Under the pieces are notes generated by a model. That model saw only the letters and a program-made list of their open reading frames with translations, did no database searches and had not been told where the DNA came from. Position numbers and translations under genes: made by a program. This document shows, piece after piece, positions 12,790 through 23,700 of a stretch of 64,000 nucleotides of DNA. The first letter of the stretch is position 1, and each line of letters opens with the position of its first letter. The DNA comes from Schizochytrium sp. TIO01 (taxonomy: Eukaryota; Protista; Bigyra: Labyrinthulomycetes): positions 615,648 to 679,647 of the forward strand of contig SMSO01000014.1 in assembly GCA_004764695.1 (NCBI GenBank), written 5' to 3'.

Positions 12790-14130
12790 ATGGGTGGGGC
12801 ATGCACCACGCAGCGCGCTCAAACTACAAAAAATGTGATTAAGCTTCTTTTACTTGGTTGCCCAAGCGTCGGTAAATCGACCGTGTTTAAACAGCTTACT
12901 TTACTCTATAATAATGGCTTTGATGAAGGGCAGCGACGAGCTATACGTGAGTATATCCTCCTCGATATTTTCGACTCTTTATTGAGAATTGCAGAAGTTG
13001 TTCGACAGCGAGATGGCGACGACTTCAGAGTCGATACTGCGTTGCAAGACCAGTTACGAAAGATTTTAGATGCAAAAGATGCAGCCGATGGATCCTCTGC
13101 CTCTCAAATGGATTTATCAGCAGCTTCATCCCCAAAAGATAAGTTAGACCTTTCAAGTCCAGCCAGCGACGCGTATGTTAAGGATTTGCTGACCACTGTA
13201 GCAAGGATCCTCCAGGATGCAAAAGTGACGCGCGCGATGGCTCAGCTACAAGAGCAAAAGTTGCAATTGAGAAGCTTCAATTTGCGCGACTCAGCTATGG
13301 GCAGCAATGCTTCGGCTGGTGAGGGGCCCAGTCAAAGTGTTTCAGAGATGGATAGTTCTAGCACGATAGGTTTACCAATAGAGAAGCAGAGAAGTTCGTT
13401 AAGATCCACTGCAGCACAAGCAGCAGAAATTGCAGCTCAGACTGCACGACATATACAACTCCCTGAATCTTGGGATCACTACTTAAATCGTTTGCGTGAC
13501 ATGACTTCTGTGGATGCATATATACCAAGCGATGATGATATTTTGCGATTACGAAGAGTCACTGAAGAAGCGGCAAGTATTACTTTCCAGCAACAACTTA
13601 ATTGGCCACCAGGAACCAATGACCAAGTGATTGTGCCTGTACAGTGCGTAGATGTTGGTGGCCAGGTTCAACATGAGTATGATTGGGTTCAACACGGAGA
13701 TAACGTGACAGCTGTATTGTACGTAATGTGTCCTTCTGACTTTGACACATACACCGAAGATGGGGAGAACAAGCTCCGGCAGTCGTTTACGCTTTTGCGT
13801 AAAGTTGCCTCTGCGGAGATTTTCCTAACTGCCCAGATTATTATTCTCTTCAATAAGTCAGACCTTCTTGAAGAAAAACTCAAGTACGCAAAATTTTCGG
13901 ACTTCTCGAGGAGTTACAAAGGCAAGAACAACTCAAAAGACATAACAGCTTTTCTTGAACGCAAATGCCGCCACATTGTTGACTCGGCTCGCCAAGACTC
14001 GAACAAAGACGTCAACCAGGTATATACTGTTAAAACCTGTGCTATTGAAACAACGCTCATGTCCGCTGTGCTTAAACGTGTTTTATTCGGATTGTTTGAG
14101 TCGACATTTCGTCAAATCTGGCCTGCATAA
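12790..14130 (+). CDS. Heterotrimeric G-protein alpha subunit, atypical
   Basis: MGGAC N-terminus (myristoyl/palmitoyl-type). G1 KLLLLGCPSVGKSTVFKQ, G2 YIPSDDDILRLRRVT, G3 DVGGQ, G4 IILFNKSDL, G5 TCAI. Confidence 0.92.
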   Translation: MGGACTTQRAQTTKNVIKLLLLGCPSVGKSTVFKQLTLLYNNGFDEGQRRAIREYILLDIFDSLLRIAEVVRQRDGDDFRVDTALQDQLRKILDAKDAADGSSASQMDLSAASSPKDKLDLSSPASDAYVKDLLTTVARILQDAKVTRAMAQLQEQKLQLRSFNLRDSAMGSNASAGEGPSQSVSEMDSSSTIGLPIEKQRSSLRSTAAQAAEIAAQTARHIQLPESWDHYLNRLRDMTSVDAYIPSDDDILRLRRVTEEAASITFQQQLNWPPGTNDQVIVPVQCVDVGGQVQHEYDWVQHGDNVTAVLYVMCPSDFDTYTEDGENKLRQSFTLLRKVASAEIFLTAQIIILFNKSDLLEEKLKYAKFSDFSRSYKGKNNSKDITAFLERKCRHIVDSARQDSNKDVNQVYTVKTCAIETTLMSAVLKRVLFGLFESTFRQIWPA

Positions 14131-15715
14131 ACTTTCTGACATGCATATTATTCTCGGCTCCTTGTCTTCTTTTGCAGAAACGAAAGGCAATCATCTTCTT
14201 CATGTTTGTCCATGTTGTTGAATGAATATGAAATGCCCTTTTGCGAACCGCAAATGAATGGATGGTTGGCACAAGTGTCTATATGTTTCATTAAATTTGA
14301 ATGCGTCGTGTGCGTGACAATATCTAACACCGCAAAAAACAGTGCGACGGGTGGAGTCCTTGAATGTTTGACCATTTTTACTTCGTGGCATGACTCAAGA
14401 TAAATGAATAAAATATATTGCGAATTTTAGATTGTTTGATTGCGAATTGTATTATTGTTTTTCACAAGATGAGTTTGATGTGGTTAGCAAAGCAAGAAAT
14501 GATCTACAAATTCTGATTTACAACGTATACGTTCCTTGATGATTTTGCAGGACTTCGAATAGTTAGATATGTGTAGATACATAAAGAATACAGTTATATC
14601 AGCAGGGTATGAAATAGATCACATATCCGCATGACATTATTTGTTTGGTCAATTTCTTTCAGGCAATTGCCCTTTTGGTTTGTAAACTGAAAAAGTTATA
14701 CCTTGTGAGCTTCCGATAATTTTTTTCGTCAAACTTTGCACTATCTGCGTAGGCACTACTGAGCCAATCAAATCAATAACCTGACCTTGTTCTGTGCATT
14801 GTTCTGAGATTAGGTATGCCCCTTCTCGACATTCGTGCCCCTGCTAGTGCCAAATATCGCATCTGCCAAATGAAATGTTGCTCGTGGATTCGTGGTCCCT
14901 ATGATCTTTCAGATAAAAATAAGTGTGAAAGCCCATTCCTATCTTAAGCTTGCGATGGGCTCAAACCATCAAAATAAGTATCTTCTCCTCGTGGATTTCT
15001 CATCAAATATCGAGTCAGCATCGTCATCGGACACGCGAATCTGAATCGCAGATACGGTTGCACTGGCCTTGAACAGGTAGGTATGAAGGAAGGCGCCCTG
15101 CGCTATCCAGCAAACCAGTAGAAGGGCGCGCATATGTTTGTAGATCCAAGTTGAGAGTGGTGTTTCTTTCTGGTCACTCCGAAGCACCATTTCCGTGGGT
15201 GTGCGAGTAGGTCAGCCTTCCGGATCACAAGTATCTTTCGCTTTCCTTCATCTTCATCTTCATCTTCATCTCAAACCTTGAATGAAACCTGCAAGATACA
15301 AGGTGTCACGAACAGGAATATTACACGCATAGGCAGTGAGCGAGCGAGCGAGCGCTTCAACTTCGCTCGCAGATTTGTTGGTTGGTATGGGGCCCATCTG
15401 AAGGCACGTGCGATAGATAGTTCATGCATACTTGTCATTCACTTCAAGGTTTCACCGCCTAATGGGTCCTCATGTGTAGAAGTATGTACGTATGCGTCCT
15501 TCATTTCAAAAGACTATCGAAGAGGCGAAATATGGACTCGACCACGTTGTCACATACTGTTTTGACTTTATATTTATTTCATTTGCTTTGATATGTTTTT
15601 AATTTTCATTAAAATAGAGAAAGAAATAATGAAAAGTTTCATGAAAAACTCAAAGTTTATATGCGAAAATAAATAAAACTCTGAAAGAAAGCGAACAGTA
15701 AAAAGAGTATTTCAT

Positions 15716-15750
15716 CAAAACAAAACAAAACAAAACAAAACAAAACAAAA
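15716..15750. repeat. (AAAAC)n microsatellite
   Basis: Tandem CAAAA units. Confidence 0.9.
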
Positions 15751-18166
15751 TCAATAACTGAATGAACGAAACCGAGGGACAGCTGGACGCAGATGTGGAG
15801 CTCGCTAGCTCTTCAAAGCTCTCTTCGTGCACAGGCATGCAGTGAAAACCCAACCAGAGCCACCCCATCTCCAGGGGCAATCTCAGCGACGCGTTGGAGC
15901 TTTTGCTGGTTTACAAAGTTTTGACGGCGAGGATCAGAAGACGAAGGCATGATGATTGCTGAGGCCACTGTTTCCTTCTTATAAAAGGCCAACATAAAGT
16001 ACCTACCAAGGGTGACACAAATGTGTTCCTATTCGTAACTACGACGATGATTTCTTAACGAAGCCGCGTCTCTTTCGAAGCAGAGAAGGAATGGCGTCGC
16101 TCTGATGGACAATGAAAAGATCAGAAGGGATGACGCATTGATCGTCACCGAAGCCGCCTTCTTCGGCGAAAGGTACTTACTTGGAGTGAGCTACTAATTC
16201 CTTCGGTTTTCATCGCAAATTCAGTTCAGAAACACAGGGTTTTGCGCAGAAAGCGAGCCCAAGAAAGAGCCCTGGAAATATGCGCTGCCGTGTTTGAGCT
16301 GTTTAAGCTCGCGATCGTTAACCTTTTCTGGTGGGACTGACGCGGCTTTGGCCTTCTTCTTTCGCCAGGAGACCTGAACTTCGAAAATATAATCAAGTTT
16401 GCTAAAAGTAAAAACAGGCTGTCAACCACCCTCTGGAAGGCAAAGGAGGAACGAAGAAACAAAGAACACCAATTAGGAGGATATATAGGGAGAGACTAGT
16501 AGTCCATATGTAAAATTGAACACCGCCACCACCTCCTCTGTCTACTATCATCATTATTATTATTATTATTGAAGTTGTTATTATCATTATAGAATTAGTT
16601 TTCTAAACTAAAAAAATCTATTTTAAAAATAACTGTAAATTGTAATCTATTTCTATAATAGGCGGTAGGTAGTCAGAATGGCGAAGAAGAGACCGTGGAA
16701 ACTGGGCACGATCCTGAACCCGAGTGGATGAGAGCATGGAGATTGCCCAGAAAGACTCAGACTATCTCAATGCCAACGCTGGTGTGCTTTTAGAATTAGA
16801 AGCGCGACCATTACATTGCGGGAGCTGCGATGGTTCAAGGTTTTCGTTCTTTGTCGAGATTTATAACCATCGATAAGTTGGGAGAGAGAACACTTAGATT
16901 CAAGGATGGACCTTTGGAAATGCGACAGCTCATTTGCACGCGTTGAAAGCAGCAAACGAACAAGCTCGACACCAAACGACTCCCACATAACAAAGCTTCG
17001 CTTTGGATGCACATTCCACTCGGCTTGTTTGGCTTCGTCGCTGATGATCTCGAATACTGCAAGTGCAATTGTTTAGTGTAGACAGATCTTGGCGTCTGTG
17101 GCGCTTGCGAATTTGTCCTGAGTGACTTCATATAGTTGTGTGCGATGCAACCGAGGAAACAATCTCGCAAAGCTCTGCTACTCCTGAAAGTCAGAGTCCT
17201 TCACATTATGTCGTCCTTGGCGCAGAAGCTCCCCTCGTACCTCGCCACGTTTCGTTTTGCTGGCGTCGCTAGAGCTGTGGTGCAACTCAGTTTCTCAACA
17301 AAGAAACAAGCAACGCAAGAAAGGCGATTGCTCGCTCCCGAGTTTCCACGTTTCTGAGCCCCGGAGCAATTCAACGCTTTACGCTTTGATTCGCGACGAA
17401 GGCGGGAAATCCTAAAAGGCGCTACAAGCAAAGCCTATTTGCAACAAAGCGAGACAAATACCTGTGTAGGTGCGTACAATCCACTCCAGCCCGAGCTTTT
17501 GAAGGCAGGCAATCAATGAATCAACTAATCAATCGTCTCACAGCGAGTTCTTTTCGCGAAACCTAGGAAAGGACAGCTGTAGAAGCGTAGCTTTCATGAT
17601 TTGTTGTTGTTGTTGTTGTCGTTGCTGCTGTTGTTGTGGTCATTGTTGTTGTAAATTTTTACAAGAGAGGGACCCACACAGGGAGTACCTACCATACTTA
17701 GCTACATGCTAGGAGGGGCCTAGTAGGCAAACTGTAAATGTGGGAAAAGAGGAGAGAGTTGGACTTTGAACTCCCCTGGGTAGGAGTGCATTAGTGTTAA
17801 CTAGCAGCGTGACGCCGCAAAGTGAGTTTTCTCACTTCTCTTATCCGCGGTAAGTGTGTGTATGTATAATTCATGTATGTATATATCATGTATATATGGA
17901 CTCAGGTGGTGTGTACTAACTTGGAAAGGGACGGAGCAATGCTCAACTCAGCATACTAATACACAGAGTCTTCGGCTCCCAACTTGAAGACAGAGGTGTT
18001 CAAACCGCTATCGTCGTTGCCGTCGTCGCAGTTTGAAACCTCAGGGCCAAATTGAGGCAGCCATTCGCCATCCCGTCCGCAGCTGGTGCCAAAGTCTGGC
18101 ACCCAAACCGGCCCGAAGAAACAGCCTCGAGAGCGAGGACATCTATCCATCCTGCAAATCAACATA

Positions 18167-18236
18167 GATTGAGATTGAGATCGAAATTGAAATTGAAATT
18201 GGGATTGAAATCGAAATTGGGATCAAGATTGAGATC
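18167..18236. repeat. Degenerate hexamer tandem repeat (GAGATT/GAAATT/GGGATT/GAAATC)
   Basis: About 11-12 GRRATY-like units visible directly. Confidence 0.75.
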
Positions 18237-19454
18237 CCTACCAGCTGGTAGCAGATGGCTAGGCACTAGCTACCTGCTAGTTGACGCCCTAGGGAGAAGG
18301 AGAGTACCCATACTAAGCGACGTATCCACCCAGCCCAGTAGGAGGTGCTAGTCCATGGCTAGCGTTTACTTCCCTCGCTTGAGTACTTGATCGATCGATT
18401 TGAAAATAGACGCTAGCAGACGCCTATCTACTGCTACCGGCACTCCTAGAGCTGGCTTAGCGCTGCTAGTAGCGGAAGGCGACTAGCCGGGTAACTAGGC
18501 AACTAGCTAACTGGTGGGCCTTAGCAAATTGGCTAACTAACTGGCTAGCCTCAGCTAATTAGCGAAAGCAGGGAGGCGACCAGCCATACTAATCCATAGT
18601 AATCTGGATAGGAGACAAGCAGGGGAAAAAACGAGAGGAAAGAAAAAGAAGGCTTTCTTTGTTTCTTTCTTTTAGTTTCTTTCTTTAGTTTCTTTGTTTA
18701 AGTTTCTTTGTTTCTTTGTTTCTGTCTGTCTGCCTGTCTGTCTGTCTGACTGCCTCCGCTGGCAGCCCGTCTGTCTTTCTTGGGGCTGGCGGAGGGATGC
18801 CCCTGGAGAGAGCTCCTGAGGCGCCCCCCGCCTTCTGCTGGCGCGGCACGCTCCAGAAGCGCAGGTATCGTCTGCAAACTGCGCGAGGAATTCTGCCGGT
18901 CTGAGCTAACTCTCTTCTTTTGCTGAAGAGCAGAAAAGAAAAGACTCGGAAAAGAGAAAAAGAAAGAACTTCACTCTTGAAAACGAAATGAATAAATCGC
19001 ACAATGAATGAGTGAATCAGTCAATTAATCAATCAATCAATGATGAGTAAACAAACGATTATTGCAAACAAGAAAAGAGTCCATCTCACTCCTATACCAA
19101 CATATCAATACCTCCTCCCTTAGCAGTCCATTAACTGAGGCTACAGCGAGGAGGGAGTGCTCCTATAGGTTCTAGTAGAACTACTAGCACCAGAGCGAGA
19201 GAAAGAAACTTAAAGAAAGAAACTTAAAGAAAGAAGAAAGAAGAAAGAAGAGCCCACTCCGTTTCCCTTTCTTTCTCTAAGTTTCTTTCTCTGAGTTTCT
19301 TTCTTACCTCAGCTATTATAGTCTATTTCTCTCTTTTTGAACTAAGCGCTTCTTCTTTCTTTCTCGTAAGTACGTATTCTTATGATTGAAAAGTAGAATA
19401 ATAGATAAATTAATTGTTGTTTATTTCTACGCAGGTACTAAGTAGGTACATAGC

Positions 19455-19650
19455 ATTCATTATTCATTCATTCTTCATTCATTCATTCATTCATTCATTC
19501 ATTCATTCATTCATTCATTCATTCATTCATTCATTCATTCATTCATTCATGCATTCATTGTTTGTTTGTTTGTTTGATTGTAATTGTTTGATTAATTGTT
19601 TGATTGATTGTTGTTTGTTTGTTTGTTTGTTTGTTTGTTTGTTTCGTTCA
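19455..19650. repeat. Compound (TTCA)n + (TTTG)n microsatellite upstream of CBP copy A
   Basis: Long ATTC run followed by GTTT/GATT runs. Confidence 0.92.
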
Positions 19651-19972
19651 TTGTGATTGTCATTCTCTTTGTTTGCTTCTGCTTCGACTTCTTCTTCGCC
19701 TCCGCTCGGCAACTCCTTCTCTTCCGCGTCGTCGCTCGACGTTTGTGCTGCTGAGGGGCGCGGCGCGGCGGTCCCGGCGGCGAGAGCGCGGTCCACAGAC
19801 ACGCGCCGCGGCAGCGCTCCGTTTGGAGAGAGGCGAGGCGGCCAGCGTCCGATAGATTGCTCGCTCGCTCCATCCGTCGCTCCATCGGTAGAGAGACGCG
19901 CAGAGGCGAGTTGGCGGCGGCGAGGAGGCTCGCGGAAGCCCTGCACGCCGAGAGGGAGAAGATCAACTCTAC

Positions 19973-20046
19973 ATGTACCATCGAGGCACCGCTGGACACT
20001 TTGGGAGCTCGCAACAAGCGGCAGCAGCAGCGGCAGACCAGCAGCA

Positions 20047-20079
<33 letters not shown>

Positions 20080-20727
20080 AAATCAGGCGAACCAGGCAAA
20101 TCCGCAGAGCCAAATTCCGATTCGAAGTCCAAATTCGCAGAGCCAAACTCAAACCCAAACGCAAAACCAGCAGAAGCAGAATACAAGCCAGGTCCCAAAT
20201 CAGCACCAACAAATGCAGAACTCACAGCAGAATTCGCAAGCCCAGAGGCAGGCTCCCCAAAATGGAGGCCACTACTCACAGCAATCGCAGCAGCAGTGGA
20301 GCTCCCAGCCACAGACGAACCTGGACCCGGCAGGTTCGCAGTCGCAGAGACTCCCTTCGCAACACCAGCAGCACCAGCGCCAGCATCAGCAGAACTCCAA
20401 TCAAAACCAGCAGTACTCGCATGTGAGACCTCCTGGGGACACTGCGAGGGGTGGAAGACTGGCGCCGACATGGCAAGACCCAATGAGGGACAAGGACATG
20501 AGACGGAGAACGCTGCAAAATATTGCGACTTTGCTGAGAGGGTCTAGAAAAGATTGTACTAAGGAATGGCTTACCAAGATCGCAACATCGTTCGAGAGCT
20601 CCTTATACAGAACATCGCCCTCGCAGGCGGAGTATCAGGATACAAGCAACCTCAAGAATAGGCTTAGGGACTGGTACGCCAGGTATCAGGCCCAGTCCAG
20701 AGCTAGTCAGCAGTACAAGCAAAAGAT

Positions 20728-20764
<37 letters not shown>

Positions 20765-23700
20765 CAACAACAACAGCAGCAACAGCAAAGGGGTCCAACA
20801 CAACACATGCCACCTGGCGGGGGCCAGATGAGCTCTTCAGATCCGCATGGCAGTGCACCCAGACCTCCTTCTGTGCAAGGATCACACTATGGTGGAAACA
20901 GCGCAGGCGCTGGAGGACCCGCGGTGCAGGGATCACATCACCCAGGACAGTCACAACAGCAACAGCATCATCAGGGTCCTGCGCATGTCTCGAATGGAGC
21001 CCGAATGGTCCCCCCAACATCATCGTCCTCAGCGCCAACGACATCAGCAGGGTCTGCGCCTGGACCATCAAGACCACCTCAGGGATACTCGAACCAAGCA
21101 CAACCATCAGCAGCAGCAGCAGCAGTACAACAATCGCAACGAGCGCCAGACGCGCCACCACACGTGCAATCAAGCAGCGGAGCCGCTAATGGGCCGGGGC
21201 CGAGATCAAGCAGTGCTGGAAGCAGCAGCAGCAGCAACAACAACAATAATAATAACAATAACAACAACAAACCCAGCAGCGGAGGCGGAGGCACAACGGG
21301 CAGTAAAAACCAGGAACATAGACACCGGCTGACTATGCTTATTCATGCCTCGCGATGCAAGAACTCAGAGACATGTAAAGCCAATAAATGCGCGCATTGG
21401 AAGCACATTCTGGACCATGCACGTAAGTGCTCAAACACTCACTGCAACCCGCACTGTGTTGCTGCCCGGAAAACATTGTACCATTTCAAGAATTGCAAAG
21501 ACCCCAAGTGTGAAATTTGTGGACCCGTACGAAACATGATGCAGCGGGTGAAAGCCCATCAACAACAACAGCAGCAGAAACAGCAACAGCAACAACAACA
21601 ACCTATCTCATCAAACCACCAATACTCCTCAAACCAGCCGCCACCCCCTCCGCCTTCCCACCAACGTCCCCCGGACCAAATGCACAGGCTGGACTCGTCT
21701 TCCTCGCGCAACTCCTCAAGCAGGGGCAAGCCTTCGGTGGCCGCTCTTCAAGCCTCAAACCATCATTCTGCTGGGTCAGCAGCTCCGGGAACCTCTGCTC
21801 AACGACTTGCTCATGAGCAGGATCCCGCTGCGCTTATTCGCAAGTACGAGGAAGAGGCACGTCGCGCTAAAGAGTTACAGCTACAGCAGGAAGCAAAAGT
21901 GCGCCGCCTTGAAGAGCAGCTCGCGCTCATGAAGCGTCAAGCAGGTATGCACAGTACAGCAGCAGCTGGATCATCACCTGGGCCTGAAGTCCTACCTTCC
22001 TCTGTCGGAGGTCCATCATCACCAGCACCAGTAACGCAGCAGCAGCAGCAGCAGCAACAACAACAACAACCTCAGGATACTTTGATGCGATCCTCGAGTC
22101 ATCCGCCTGGACATCCTCAGCGCCACAACTCCGCAGCTTCGCATAATTCTGCGGCACCTCCTTCGTACGCTGCTCAGCCGCAAAATAACCAGACCAGATC
22201 AGTCTCATGGCCCGGCACCAATTCTGCTGCACCAGGTGCACCGTCACAGCCTTCAGCACCAGGTCGCCCTCCGTATTCATCACAGCAACACCAGCAAGCA
22301 CAGACTCCCTATTATAGCAAACCTGGATATGCAGGCGCTCCTGCTCCTAGACCGGGGCCCCGCGGTGCACCTGTTCGACCCCCAAGCGGCGGTAGTAGTA
22401 CAAGCAATAACAACAATTCCACCAAGACTGCCACAGGCAACTACTCTTATCCTCAGCAACAGCAACAGAGTGGGCCACAGCCGCCACAGTCAGGAGCAAG
22501 GCCGTTGGCATATCCAAAACCTTACGCTCAACCACAACCACAACAACATGGGCGCCCTCCACAAGCACAGGCTCGCCCTCCCGCTGGATATCCACCTCGT
22601 CCAGGGCCAGGTCGTGGCCCTCCTCAGCCAAAGCCTGGGCATCCTCAAATACCTGCGCAGCAGCAACAACAGCAACAACAGAGGCCCCGGCCTGCTGGAC
22701 TGAACGGGGGCGCGCCTCGTCCCCTGCAGCCTTCGGGAGCGTCGCAATCAGGTCCTAGCGCTACGATGCCAACGCCTGCTGTTCAGTCAGGACCTCGATC
22801 TGGAGTGCCGTCTGCAGGTGGACACTCACCAGCCGCTGCTGTTCAATCACCAGGATCTCAGGCCATGCAACGGACGACATCAATCTCGCAAACTAATACA
22901 TCTGCACCGGTACTTCAGCAGCCCCCATCTTCTGCAACGCAAGTTTCTCCGACCCCCCAGGAACTCAACCAGCAACAACGCCAACCACAGCAGCAAACCC
23001 AACAGCGTCAGACTCCGCCGGCAGGCGTAACTGGCGAGCAGCCAGCTGCTGGACATCAACAACAGGTAGCGCGTCCACGATCCGTATCTAGCGCGCAGAG
23101 TTCTATTCGCCAACAAGGTTTTAATAGCTTGGTTTCAGCAATTAATAGCTTGAACCGAGACGAAATCAAAGACCACATTGCATCCTTGGTCAGATTCAGC
23201 TCTGAAATCAAACCCAATGAACTTCGCGGCCGACTGCAACCACTATTGCGTACGCAAATGGAACTTCAATTTTCATATATCTTCCGCAAGGCGGTGGACC
23301 CTATTGCCATGGGCATTCCTGACTACTTTGAGGTCATCAAACATCCCATGGATCTCTCGATTATCAAAAAACGACTGGAAAGCAACTATTATCGAACCAT
23401 GAAGGCCTTCAAAAATGATGTATTGCTTGTTTATGATAATGCAATTCTCTATAATCCTGAGTCTCCAGACGGTTGCGGTGTGCGCGAAATCGCTCAAGAA
23501 TATGCTCAAATCTTTGTGGAGGAATACAACACTCTTTTGGTAAAGCTAAAGGAAAAAGAAGCTTCAAAGCGCACAAGCTCAGAGGCGTGTCGACTTTGCG
23601 GTGGAGGCCAGTACCTCTTTGAGCCTCCTGTGTACTTTTGTAACAACTGCAAGCAAAAGATTCGTCGTGGAACCCACTTTTACATGTCGCCCGATAGCAA

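Noticed and set aside
16105-16380. Possible small spliced ORF (GTACTT donor ~16173, TACTAAT, TTCAG acceptor)
   Set aside because: Weak donor, and neither spliced product resembles a known protein.
19539-20547. Long overlapping ORFs 19539..20483 (-), 19657..20547 (+) and 19857..20426 (+)
   Set aside because: Shadow frames of the CAG-rich CBP-A N-terminus and adjacent microsatellites; no domain content.
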